A DNA stretch of 52,442 bases, from IMG/VR virus record IMGVR_UViG_3300034378_000127, positions 1 to 52,442 of that record. The stretch is one strand, 5' to 3'. The stretch is from a virus (taxonomy: Duplodnaviria > Caudoviricetes). A program made the translations under genes and the position numbers. The notes under the pieces were generated by a model, which was not told the origin of the DNA, did not search any database, and was given only the letters and a program-made list of their open reading frames with translations. Positions 35,925 through 45,448 of the stretch are shown here, in pieces; the first letter of the stretch is position 1; each line of letters begins with the position of its first letter.

Positions 35925-38243
35925 TTAATCTTCTACTATCGGCAACGCGACACACCGGCAATTTATAACGTTTCCTGCTTGGCCTCTGGGATCAAGTGGA
36001 TAGCGTAAATCATTCGAGAAGTAAGCACCGACGTTTTGTCTCTCACCGTCAATTGCATGATTGAACAAAGAATCAGGTGGTCGACGCACAAGCTCATCTC
36101 CTGCGCTCAGCCATTCATGCGTCCGAATATCGCTTGCCCGAAAAGCATCAAAGCGGCTCATTCCACTGATGCTACCTGTCTCTGTGCGAGCGAACCGTAT
36201 GGAGCGTGCAGGAGTCATCTTATCGACTCCCTGCTGAATTCCTGTCTTAAGGGCTTTTGCATATTGTTGCGGTGTCCAGTTCTCTTCAATCGCCTGTGTG
36301 GTGATTTTAGAAACGATTTTCCGAGATGAGTTATGCGTAAATGTATTAACTTCATGCAACTTATCTGCACGTGCTTTGACGAGTTTCTTTACATTGTCTT
36401 CTGTGACGCTCCACTGTATAACAGCACCATAATCCTGTTTGAGCTTTTTCAGTTCACGCTTCATCTGCTTTGCCGTCTCGGGAGTATAGCTTCTGACAAG
36501 ATCCTCATCTGCCAAAGCGAGATCAAATAAAAATGCTGTGGGGTCAACAACGAGCTGTCGTATAAATTGCACGGATCTCTGTTGCTCCTTGAGCCATTTA
36601 TCCACATTATCAAGCATTTCATTCCGCAACCGTATACTATGACGCACGAACATAGTACGCATTGATTTCTCCCCAGGATCAAGCACAGCTCGTACATAAC
36701 TCTCCCAGAGAGCTTGCCGCTCTTTACGGTTTTCTCTTGCTGATGCAACTTCGATTTCTTTCACAAGCTCTTTTGTGACAGGCAATTCTTTCCGCTCGAT
36801 TTTGTTTTGTAAAGCATTAGAGAGAATGTTAAGCAAGTGTTGTCGCTGAGGCTTTTCTGCTGCGGCACCTGGAGTAGAAATAAACCCTTCGGCAAGAGTG
36901 GCAATATCAATAAGTGTCATCGGAACGAACTTCTGCTTGAGCCATGGATAAGCATCAACATCAATCGGCACTTGTGCTACACGAAACGCCTCAGCTGCCG
37001 GCACATCCATTTGCCACATCTTATGAGCCGTATCGACTTTCTCCGTATGGCTCTCCTGTAGAGCCTCGACATTTGATTTATCAGATTTGCCACGTAAATT
37101 GCCAGTGCCTATGTATTGAATCCATTTGCCGTTCACTGAGTTCCAAATTCGTTCATCAAGCGGAATGCGTGTTTTCTGCCATACGCTACGGTCTGCCTGT
37201 TCGGCTGTGGCACGGTTCATACCTTTTTCATAAATGCCTATCTCTTCCTCGTTCACGCCATACGCGGCTTGAATTCGTAAACGATTATCAGTGCGCTGCT
37301 CCATGTATTGCATATCGACATTCGAGCGCATGAACTGCTCATACTTAAGCCCATGAGCAAGTGCCACGGTACGACCAGCGTTTCCAGCACCCGAGTACTC
37401 TTCGTTCCACTTCTCCTCGTATTGCCTGAGTTCCTCAAAGTCAATTGTGTCATTCTCTGTGGTGAGCAGACCTCCAATCGCCCCGAAGTTGTCAAGGAAA
37501 GCAGTATTAAACTCATCTGCTTTCATATCGAGATTGACTGGAATCTGCGCTGCTGTATACGGTGACATTCCCTGTGCCGGATTGTAAGGATTCGGTAATC
37601 GAATGCGGATAAGTTCACCGAATTCAAACTCCATAACATCTTTACCACCGACAACCATTTTCCATCCAGTAAGCACTTTTGTATGCCGATGATAACGTGG
37701 CTTTATTACGTGGTCTGAGTATGGCCAAATTTCGGCGGGGATTTGTCCTTTTCGCAAATCGACTCTTTTCCCTTTGACACCTGATTCAAGATACCAGAAA
37801 CATTGTCCGCCTGGAGTTGCTGCCGTGGGCAGTAGAAGATTAAGTAATGTATAATCCCATAAGTCTGTGCCTGACATCAGTGGATTAGGATTTAAGAACA
37901 ATTCGAGAATCTCATGTTCCTTAAATATCTTCTGCTCATCATTGACATCGTATAAAACTCTTGGTAAAGCGGAAATCGGTTGCATCACTCGGTTTATTGC
38001 AGCATACGTCCAACTATGAAATTGATAAGGTTTTGAAGTTACTATACTATATCCAGAGGAGATTCTTGTACCTCTGAGGAATTGTGGATCAAGATTCGGT
38101 GTCACTCCTCGTTGAACGGGATTGACGGGATTCCCTACTGCATCCAAGAGTACCGGAACATTTTGTACTTGACGAAGTGCCTCCTGTGCTGCAAATACAG
38201 CAAGTGTCGCTTGTGTCACAGCTTTTGTAAAACTATTCATCAT
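35925..38243 (-). CDS. Portal protein (HK97 family) fused to a MuF/gp7-like head morphogenesis domain
   Basis: NPNPLMS, GMSP, GAGNAG; C-terminal ARTET, EWLSAGD.LVR, H, VINCRC. Confidence 0.92.
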   Translation of the reverse strand: MMNSFTKAVTQATLAVFAAQEALRQVQNVPVLLDAVGNPVNPVQRGVTPNLDPQFLRGTRISSGYSIVTSKPYQFHSWTYAAINRVMQPISALPRVLYDVNDEQKIFKEHEILELFLNPNPLMSGTDLWDYTLLNLLLPTAATPGGQCFWYLESGVKGKRVDLRKGQIPAEIWPYSDHVIKPRYHRHTKVLTGWKMVVGGKDVMEFEFGELIRIRLPNPYNPAQGMSPYTAAQIPVNLDMKADEFNTAFLDNFGAIGGLLTTENDTIDFEELRQYEEKWNEEYSGAGNAGRTVALAHGLKYEQFMRSNVDMQYMEQRTDNRLRIQAAYGVNEEEIGIYEKGMNRATAEQADRSVWQKTRIPLDERIWNSVNGKWIQYIGTGNLRGKSDKSNVEALQESHTEKVDTAHKMWQMDVPAAEAFRVAQVPIDVDAYPWLKQKFVPMTLIDIATLAEGFISTPGAAAEKPQRQHLLNILSNALQNKIERKELPVTKELVKEIEVASARENRKERQALWESYVRAVLDPGEKSMRTMFVRHSIRLRNEMLDNVDKWLKEQQRSVQFIRQLVVDPTAFLFDLALADEDLVRSYTPETAKQMKRELKKLKQDYGAVIQWSVTEDNVKKLVKARADKLHEVNTFTHNSSRKIVSKITTQAIEENWTPQQYAKALKTGIQQGVDKMTPARSIRFARTETGSISGMSRFDAFRASDIRTHEWLSAGDELVRRPPDSLFNHAIDGERQNVGAYFSNDLRYPLDPRGQAGNVINCRCVALPIVED

Positions 38244-39598
38244 CTTCCCATTATCATTTTATCGAGGGCACTTGTTGTTGTTTCAGCTTGCTTTTTATCT
38301 TCACGTTCTTCAAGATCCCTGCTCGTTATCATCATCGGTTTCAGAGATATCATATCATTCTCCCATGCGTAACCAAGAGAATCGACAGAATGATTGTCTC
38401 GGTCAACAGGCACGGGAAGAGTATTGCCAAAGCGATCTTTCTGCCACTGATATGTACTGAACTCATTGATGGTATACTGACAACTCTTATCGATGATCCA
38501 TCGTTGCTGTTGCATCCACTGTATTCTGAAGAGAACTGCTGAGCCTTTCCCTTGTGCAAGTCCTCCGAACAATCGTCGTTTCTTGCCTGGATGAGCGTTG
38601 ATTTTATACTGCCGCAGTTCTGCAATTGACTTTGGTTCAGCACTGTCACACCAGACGATTTCCTTCCCGCAATATGGTTCAATCTTTGCTGCGATAATAT
38701 CGTTCGTGCATCCATGCTCATAGATTTCTTTTGTAACGTAAATCGTGTTGCGTCCATTGTATCGTCCTGTGCCTGTACCTCGTGCCGATTTTGTGTATGC
38801 AAAGGGGTCTGCCGCGTAGCCAAAGTCAAGTCCATGTTTGTAAAGAGGAAAGTCGATTGTCGATAAGTCCTCTGTGTCCCAGTTCTTGAATATGAGATCA
38901 CCAAGCGTGCCCCACTTGCCAAGTCCGTATACGTTGAAGTAGAATGGATCTGTGTGTTTGAAGGATTCAATTCTTTCGATGTCTTCCTTATCAAGAAACT
39001 CATTATCTTTGTAGGTTGTCTTAAGAATAGCGACTTTATCAGTACGTTTCTCTCCTTCAATATCTTGTCCATTGAAAAAGCGTTTGCATATCCAGTGCAA
39101 TCTCGATATTGGATTAAAGCTGAATGTAACGCGCTTTGGCACTGGAGCTCTACCACGTAATCTGAGTAGCAATTGATTGAAAGCTGGTTCTGAGATTTCT
39201 GTTGCCTCCTCGACCCAAATATCTGTAATAATTCCTTTCTTCGGTTTAATTGATTTGAGCTTCTCAGGATCATCCAATCCTCTGAAAAGCATCTGTTGTC
39301 TTGTAGGAAGATAGGTGATGGATAAATCACTGAGGTTGACTTGAAAAGCTCGGGCGACACCAAATGATTCAATTGTCTCAACCACCTGATTGAAGACGGA
39401 AGAGCGAAGTGTATTCGCGATGTTTCGTACAATGAGGTAATTGCGTGGATAGCGAAGAACATCGAGCACAACACGTTGAGCAAGAAAATGTGACTTACCA
39501 CTGGAGCTACCACCATAGAGGATTTGTAGAGGTGTTTGGTCGTCAAGATATTTTTTATAAACTTCATTAAAAATTTCACTGTGGACTATTAATTCCAT
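38240..39598 (-). CDS. terL: Terminase large subunit (PBSX-like)
   Basis: GGSSSGKS Walker A, WVEEA, SFNP, GLDFGY, CDSAEP, NHSVD. Confidence 0.95.
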   Translation of the reverse strand: MELIVHSEIFNEVYKKYLDDQTPLQILYGGSSSGKSHFLAQRVVLDVLRYPRNYLIVRNIANTLRSSVFNQVVETIESFGVARAFQVNLSDLSITYLPTRQQMLFRGLDDPEKLKSIKPKKGIITDIWVEEATEISEPAFNQLLLRLRGRAPVPKRVTFSFNPISRLHWICKRFFNGQDIEGEKRTDKVAILKTTYKDNEFLDKEDIERIESFKHTDPFYFNVYGLGKWGTLGDLIFKNWDTEDLSTIDFPLYKHGLDFGYAADPFAYTKSARGTGTGRYNGRNTIYVTKEIYEHGCTNDIIAAKIEPYCGKEIVWCDSAEPKSIAELRQYKINAHPGKKRRLFGGLAQGKGSAVLFRIQWMQQQRWIIDKSCQYTINEFSTYQWQKDRFGNTLPVPVDRDNHSVDSLGYAWENDMISLKPMMITSRDLEEREDKKQAETTTSALDKMIMGR

Positions 39599-39687
39599 AG
39601 AGTTCTATTTGAAAACGAGACTAATTGCCGACGGGCGCGCTCTGCCGGCCACGTAGTGACGGACACGGTCGGCTTTCGAGTCTCGTA

Positions 39688-40176
39688 TTATTTTTCAATT
39701 CGCACATGGATAACTTCATCAGGCAATCCTATTGGTTGCGTGACTTTTCCCTCTGTCCTTTCCGCAATATATTCGACTGCCCACGGTTCTTGCCCGTAAA
39801 CAGCCGCCTCATAAGCCGATAAATGCAGAGCATGTTTGAGAGAGATATTTTTAAATGTACCGAATTGAAGTGTAAATTCTTTAATAGTGATATTACCGAT
39901 TTCACGAAGAATCTCCGCAATACTGCATTTATTAGTGGGACGACCGAATGGATTACCTGATTTGCCTTTACCGCCACTGAGCCCACCATTCGCACTGCCT
40001 CTCTTATTACCTCTTCGTTCGTGTAGACTTTTACGATTTCCTGGATTGCCACCTCTTTTACGTTTACGTGCTGTTTGAAGAATTTTTTCAGGTTTCCGTA
40101 TCTTAGCTTTTTTGGGTACAACACGTTTTCTTAACGTAGTGTATTTGCGCTTCACATTCAGATGTTTCTTCTTCAT
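39688..40176 (-). CDS. Terminase small subunit-like protein
   Basis: GKSGNPFGRP motif, ERTEGK; upstream of TerL; start ATG 40176. Confidence 0.75.
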   Translation of the reverse strand: MKKKHLNVKRKYTTLRKRVVPKKAKIRKPEKILQTARKRKRGGNPGNRKSLHERRGNKRGSANGGLSGGKGKSGNPFGRPTNKCSIAEILREIGNITIKEFTLQFGTFKNISLKHALHLSAYEAAVYGQEPWAVEYIAERTEGKVTQPIGLPDEVIHVRIEK

Positions 40177-40183
40177 ACTATAT

Positions 40184-40232
40184 ATTATACATGAATTTAA
40201 AATATAATACAATATTTTCAACCAAAAATCAA
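40184..40232 (-). promoter_or_regulatory. Tandem sigma70-type promoters for the packaging/structural operon
   Basis: TTGTAT-17-TATAAT with TG extension (40212-40184) and TTGATT-17-TATTAT (40232-40204); ATG 7 nt after TATAAT suggests a leaderless transcript. Confidence 0.6.
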
Positions 40233-40339
40233 TACCTCATAACAGAAAACGTCCATTCTAACGCAGTGTAAATCCGCGAAAAAACAAAACGTTATCTACA
40301 TAATGGCGCTTTACAAAAAAATTTTAAAAATAGGGTAGA

Positions 40340-40370
40340 TATTAAGACTGTATTAAGGATATATTAAAAT
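40340..40370. repeat. Half copy of the 11-bp-period repeat array
   Basis: TATTAA at 40340/40351/40362. Confidence 0.6.
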
Positions 40371-40390
40371 GTAGGAATATTTCTTGTAAA

Positions 40391-41048
40391 TCACCGAATC
40401 TGTCTGATAGGCCTCCTAGCTCGTTTTTCTGGAAGGAAAGATTTCTCCCACATGTTACGCTCAAGCTCAGGCGTCTCTTCATAAGTCATCATATGGCACA
40501 CGACACGCTGTCCAGTTCTTGGGTCCTCAGCACGCAATATAACATTTTTCTCTGAAGTAATCTTTACATACACGGAACACTCACCGGCAGCATCAGGTGC
40601 TGCGCGATCCAGCGCATCAAGACACGTCTTTAACCGATGCCGGTTCACAATGAAATACGCACTATCGTTCCCTGAGGAAAAGCATTTTCGCAACAACGGC
40701 TTCACATCGTAAAGTCGCTTTACGTCGTCCGTCGCTTGTGGTAAATTGTAATTCATCATCATTTTGTTCGACGGCAACGTTTTCAAGCAATCCTCCAAAA
40801 AGTGTATCTCGTGGCATCTGTTTGATAACACGACGCGCGGTATCGCCTGCTATACAGCATTCAATTTGTGAGAAAGATTTCACCGGCAACAGCTGCTCTT
40901 TTACTTGCATAGGCACGGGCTCCACAGCGACAAACATGACGCGTCCGGCGGCAAACGTGGAGCCATTCTCATTTATTTGCACAAGGTCACAGTCGACGGA
41001 CGCAATCGCGGCAGGGGCGGCCAGGTTGTTCTTCGAGAGGAGAGGCAT
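40391..41048 (-). pseudogene. Sliding-clamp (beta)-like gene split across two frames
   Basis: N-half 40662..41048 and C-half within 40391..40831 read as one protein with a frame change near 40705-40715; fold call is tentative. Confidence 0.5.
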
Positions 41049-41049
41049 T

Positions 41050-41442
41050 TTACGCGGACTCCTTTCTCAGCCGGAAAATTATGGTTATATTAGAATCCTT
41101 ATCATCTATCACAAACTCTTCCGTCCCCGCGAACCGCATTATCGTGCGCACGGCTTTGCGTATATCGTGCTGAGGCGTAGATAAGGTATGCTTAGGTTGC
41201 TGGGGTTTCGTCTTTTTCTGTTTTTTATGATTCCGTTTCCGTAGTTCGCTGTGCTCGTCGCAATATATTTGCCGTGGACTGGCCGGGGTGAAAATCTTGG
41301 CGCAGCCTTCCCATTGGCAGATCTTGTTCTTGAATTTCGGCATAGTCTTAAGCTCCTTCTTTTTGTAAAGGCATTGTATACATTTAGTTTGGCTTTCCGT
41401 GGTCGGCACGAATCGCCGTCCGCATTCACAGAGACGGGTCAT
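41050..41442 (-). CDS. Zinc-finger hypothetical protein
   Basis: CECG..F.P...Q.KC..C and C...GC...F.P...RQ.YC. Confidence 0.7.
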   Translation of the reverse strand: MTRLCECGRRFVPTTESQTKCIQCLYKKKELKTMPKFKNKICQWEGCAKIFTPASPRQIYCDEHSELRKRNHKKQKKTKPQQPKHTLSTPQHDIRKAVRTIMRFAGTEEFVIDDKDSNITIIFRLRKESA

Positions 41443-41549
41443 CTTGACATCCGTTCTAGTATTAATAATAGTGCTGATATTACAAATGCCATTATCATCG
41501 CACCGACAAATGCACCTGCGACGATAGAATCTTTATCAAATTTCTTCAT
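41439..41549 (-). CDS. Small membrane peptide, 36 aa (MKKFDKDSIVAGAFVG...)
   Basis: Read by hand; GGAGG SD; ATGA overlaps at both ends. Confidence 0.6.
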   Translation of the reverse strand: MKKFDKDSIVAGAFVGAMIMAFVISALLLILERMSR

Positions 41550-41869
41550 GACAGTATCCTCCCAATCTTTCTCACTTCTTTCACATTCACTCGCTCTTTT
41601 TTCAACATCTCAAGCACCTCTAAAAGTTTCTCTCGATTCATCGAGAACTCCCGCACGCACTTATTCTTTTGCGTGTACCGGAGCTCATCAATTTTCCGCG
41701 CACCGTTCGCTTTGAACACTTCAGCAGTGACAATCTCAATCGTATCCATCCACTTGGCGTACCCACCGAACGCAACATGCTCAGTATGTGTGTTATACAC
41801 TAGCGCAAGCGTACATCGCTCATCTTCAATTGCGACATCAGTGAAAGCCAACAAAAATTTACGCTTCAT
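41546..41869 (-). CDS. Hypothetical protein
   Basis: AAGGAG SD. Confidence 0.65.
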   Translation of the reverse strand: MKRKFLLAFTDVAIEDERCTLALVYNTHTEHVAFGGYAKWMDTIEIVTAEVFKANGARKIDELRYTQKNKCVREFSMNREKLLEVLEMLKKERVNVKEVRKIGRILS

Positions 41870-41888
41870 CTTCTCTCCTTCCTACTAA

Positions 41889-42170
41889 TTTTTAATACAC
41901 ATTTAATATACTTTTAATACAACAAACTTACATATATAGTACATATTTTTTACTTTACATTTACTCAATTATATTTTCATTTTTTTATATTATAACTTAT
42001 TGATATATATTATTATATATTATTATTTGTAAATTATAATATAATTATAAATGTATATAAATCAATGACTTACAGGATAAAGCAATAAAACACAAGTAAA
42101 GCATAGGTAATGTATATATATTTGTTGTATTAAAGCTATATTAAAACTGTATTAAAATTATATTAAAAAC
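41889..42170. repeat. AT-rich palindromic non-coding element with 11-bp iteron-like arrays, copy 2 (origin candidate)
   Basis: TTAATA at 41892/41903/41914; TATTAA at 42128/42139/42150/42161; tttaatacaacaaa / tttgttgtattaaa inverted pair. Confidence 0.7.
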
Positions 42171-42180
42171 TAACAAAAAA

Positions 42181-42540
42181 CTACACACGAACTATATGGC
42201 AACACATCCGCCTTTTACATGCTTCATCGATTGTGAATTTCGTCCCTCGGGAACATCCATCCCATACAACAAGTACGACATCAGCATTTCGCAAAATTGT
42301 CTTGTTCCTTACCAGTGGAGCGCGTTTCCCATGCACTGAATAGCAGGGGAAATACATATGCAATGGTCTCCCATATCGTCGCGCAATCTTCTCCGCTACA
42401 GCGTCAACACCCATCGCACCACCAGAGACTATTTCACATTGACAGATCTTCCAACCACATCTACTAAGCAGTTCCACAAGCCCCTCAAATACTGTAACAT
42501 AATCTGTCACTGTGCGGCTTCCCACTATTGCGACTCTCAC
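42181..42540 (-). CDS. SLOG-superfamily protein (YspA/DUF2493-like)
   Basis: VAIVGSR, IVSGGA.GVD, APLVRN, WDG.SRGT. Confidence 0.85.
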   Translation of the reverse strand: MRVAIVGSRTVTDYVTVFEGLVELLSRCGWKICQCEIVSGGAMGVDAVAEKIARRYGRPLHMYFPCYSVHGKRAPLVRNKTILRNADVVLVVWDGCSRGTKFTIDEACKRRMCCHIVRV

Positions 42541-42851
42541 GTTTTACGTCCTGCCGTTTTTCCTGATTTCCGTTGAACTTTGACTTTTTTCGTATGTAGT
42601 GGTTTCTCTCTCTGAGATCCATACGGCTTACGCCGTTTTCCTGTCTTGAGATCATCAAACTCCCCTCTCGTCATTACGACAACTTCTATAATCTCTTCTG
42701 CTTGTGACGAATCCGCTCCAGCCGTCTCTCTGGTGGAATATAGGCATGCATCTCCCAGTGTACCATATGGCCATGAACTATTGATATTGAGTGAAACATA
42801 TTCACCCTTCGAGTCTTTTTTCTTTATAGCAAATGCATTTTGCATAACCAA
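42537..42851 (-). CDS. Hypothetical protein
   Basis: Coupled ORF, GGAGG SD. Confidence 0.6.
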   Translation of the reverse strand: MVMQNAFAIKKKDSKGEYVSLNINSSWPYGTLGDACLYSTRETAGADSSQAEEIIEVVVMTRGEFDDLKTGKRRKPYGSQREKPLHTKKVKVQRKSGKTAGRKT

Positions 42852-43154
42852 TCACCTCCTATTATTTAAGAGTAAAAATTCCATTCGTGCAGCTTCTTTT
42901 TCATAAATCCCCTTTTTATTAATTGGTTTTCTGTATTGTAACCAATTTTTCATTGATAAGACTGTTGTTTCTAATCTATCAAGTAACAGTAAAAGGTCTT
43001 TGTACATGCGGTCGTCTCTCTCTTCTTGTTCAGCTTTGAGTTTAAGGTCACGAATTGCTTGATTCCAATTTTCATCTTCTTCATTATTATACTTCATAGT
43101 ATATTTTGGATTAAAATCTTCCAAAATTTCAATTATTTCTTGTAGAGTTTTCAT
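42852..43154 (-). CDS. Hypothetical protein
   Basis: Coupled ORF. Confidence 0.6.
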   Translation of the reverse strand: MKTLQEIIEILEDFNPKYTMKYNNEEDENWNQAIRDLKLKAEQEERDDRMYKDLLLLLDRLETTVLSMKNWLQYRKPINKKGIYEKEAARMEFLLLNNRR

Positions 43155-45253
43155 ATCATCTCCCCTGTTTCTATCAACTCAATTACTTCTTCATTTATTT
43201 TATATGCTTTTTTACGTCCTGCCAAAACTCCTTCTTTATTTATTGTGTCAAGAACACCGAGCATCGATAAATTTTCAAGTACACGTTCCCCTGTCGGCCA
43301 AGCAGCAATTCTGACTTCCTCACTTATCTCTCTTGAAGACCATTCACGTGCACCATGTTCTCCCTGTAGATACATACTATCGAGAAAATTAAGTGACAAT
43401 GAAGGAATCGTTCCTCGGGCAATTTGCTTTATTGCATTATAATCTTCTTGAGTAGCTTTCGAATGTCCACGAAACTGGGCTATTCCAACAATTTCTTTTG
43501 TCAATTGTTTCACAAGACGAGTACCAAGTTCTGTATAAGGTTTCTGAGTCACCTCTCTTGTGTAGCGATCCCGAGAAACAGTGCCTCGCATCATTGAAGT
43601 TAATTGTGCTATCGAGTCAAGTTTATTTTCAATAGTTGCTGGAATAGTTGACATCTTTTTATAGGCATGAGAAAGCACTTTGACTGACATCTCATTAAGT
43701 TCTTTTTTCATCTGTTCCTCTCGTCCGACATTTGATCGAGCTTTTTGTAAATATTCACGTCTTTCTTTTAAAGAAGAAGGCAATGGAATTATATATCCAA
43801 GAAATCTTTCACCCAGTGATGAACATGCTTCAATATATTGCTCGACAGCAGGAGTCACAGCAGCGATTATACCAAATGTTGATTTAAACGATTTTATTCC
43901 TCGACCAAACGCCTTCTCTGACCGTCCATCATATGCTGAACGAAGTATACCAAATATTTCGTCTCTCTTCTGTGGAGGAAGTTGTAAGATAGTAGTGAAA
44001 TCTTGAATCACTAACACTTTACCATCTAGCTGTGGAATAAGAGAAGGGTCAGCACCTGTTTCTGAACGGACTCCTGATATAAGGGCATATTGATTAAGAG
44101 TTGTTGTTGTGACAATCTTCGGTGCTCCTCTGAGAGACATTAAAGGTTCTGTTTTAGTCGCCCCAGGCGGAGCTATTATAAACATCCATAAGGGATCTCC
44201 TGGTATTCGATTTGCGATCACAGTGCTAAATAAAACATCAATCATTGTCACATCTGGAAGATGAAGCCATTTTCTGAATTTTCGATAAACCTCTTTGTGA
44301 TTAACCCGTTCACCTTTTAACTGATTACCAGCTTTAAGTTCTACATTCGTTCTTGAAGTTTCATCATAGCCAGGAGGATGTTCTTTAAAGAATGATTTCA
44401 ATTTTTTATAAGTGAGCTCTGCATTATAATTTGACATCTGATATAAATCTCTAACATCGCCTCCAACTGAAGTTCCCTCAGGCCAGTTAATACATTTTAT
44501 GTCATAAACAATTCCTTTCAATGTCTCAAAAGTTTTCTGGCAACCCGCTTCTCCCGCCTTATCATTATCATAAGCAAGATAGACTGTTTTATCTGTAAAG
44601 AGACTATTCCAATCTGTTTTAAACGTACCAGCACCAGGAACGCCGACAACATATTCAGTCTGTTTTTCCATATTGAATAATATTTCATCAATCGTCAAAG
44701 TATCCCATTCTCCTTCACAGATCCAAATCGTATCATATATCTGCATATTCTCCCATCGATAGAGTCCGACTGAGCATCCAGCAGTAGAAAGGATATTTCT
44801 ACCAATATGGTAATGTCGTAAGTCATGCAGATTCCTAGGATTCCCAGGTTCAGGAATTGGTATTGTATAAGCATCAGTATTGATATTATATCCAATTCCA
44901 GCACGGCGAAGAGTTTGCAGATTGAGACCTCGATTCACGGATAACTTATTTCCTGTTTCATCATTAAATTCTTTTACAGAAAATAAATGTATCCCTCGAA
45001 GAAATGTAGCAAATCCACCACCTTTGGCGCAGACTTTAGTCGCACCGCGTTTACATTGCCATTGCTTTGTTTTTTCATTAACACTAAAATGTTTCTCTTT
45101 ACCACAGAAGGGACAATTACCTATTCGTTCATTTCCTGAACGTTTTGAAAAGACAACTCCGTGCTGAATAAACGCTCTGAGAGGATCAGGTCGTTTTTTA
45201 CTCGGCTCCGAAATAGGGAGTGCCCTTTTCGGCACTTTTCTTTTTACCGGCAC
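43151..45253 (-). CDS. Primase-helicase (Zn finger + TOPRIM + AAA+/MCM-like ATPase)
   Basis: CPFCG..H...C, ICEGEWD, YDND.AG, APPGATKT, LRSAYDG, LGERF; start GTG 45253 after GGAGG. Confidence 0.85.
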   Translation of the reverse strand: MPVKRKVPKRALPISEPSKKRPDPLRAFIQHGVVFSKRSGNERIGNCPFCGKEKHFSVNEKTKQWQCKRGATKVCAKGGGFATFLRGIHLFSVKEFNDETGNKLSVNRGLNLQTLRRAGIGYNINTDAYTIPIPEPGNPRNLHDLRHYHIGRNILSTAGCSVGLYRWENMQIYDTIWICEGEWDTLTIDEILFNMEKQTEYVVGVPGAGTFKTDWNSLFTDKTVYLAYDNDKAGEAGCQKTFETLKGIVYDIKCINWPEGTSVGGDVRDLYQMSNYNAELTYKKLKSFFKEHPPGYDETSRTNVELKAGNQLKGERVNHKEVYRKFRKWLHLPDVTMIDVLFSTVIANRIPGDPLWMFIIAPPGATKTEPLMSLRGAPKIVTTTTLNQYALISGVRSETGADPSLIPQLDGKVLVIQDFTTILQLPPQKRDEIFGILRSAYDGRSEKAFGRGIKSFKSTFGIIAAVTPAVEQYIEACSSLGERFLGYIIPLPSSLKERREYLQKARSNVGREEQMKKELNEMSVKVLSHAYKKMSTIPATIENKLDSIAQLTSMMRGTVSRDRYTREVTQKPYTELGTRLVKQLTKEIVGIAQFRGHSKATQEDYNAIKQIARGTIPSLSLNFLDSMYLQGEHGAREWSSREISEEVRIAAWPTGERVLENLSMLGVLDTINKEGVLAGRKKAYKINEEVIELIETGEMI

Positions 45254-45446
45254 TTGACGCCTCCGTCTTTGATCCACTTATTAATTGTTCAATGATCTTG
45301 TTAGCTTGTTCGATGTAAAGCGAGATTTTCAGCAATTGATTTTTGCTCAACATCGATTGGCCGGCATGAAATTCGGTTCCCGTTTCCCGACAGATACGTT
45401 CAATATGTTCTCGTCTGCCCGGATTTCTTGTAAGATAAGGTGACAC
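45198..45446 (-). CDS. Hypothetical protein
   Basis: Fills the gap between polymerase and primase. Confidence 0.5.
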   Translation of the reverse strand: MSPYLTRNPGRREHIERICRETGTEFHAGQSMLSKNQLLKISLYIEQANKIIEQLISGSKTEASSAGKKKSAEKGTPYFGAE

Positions 45447-45448
45447 TG

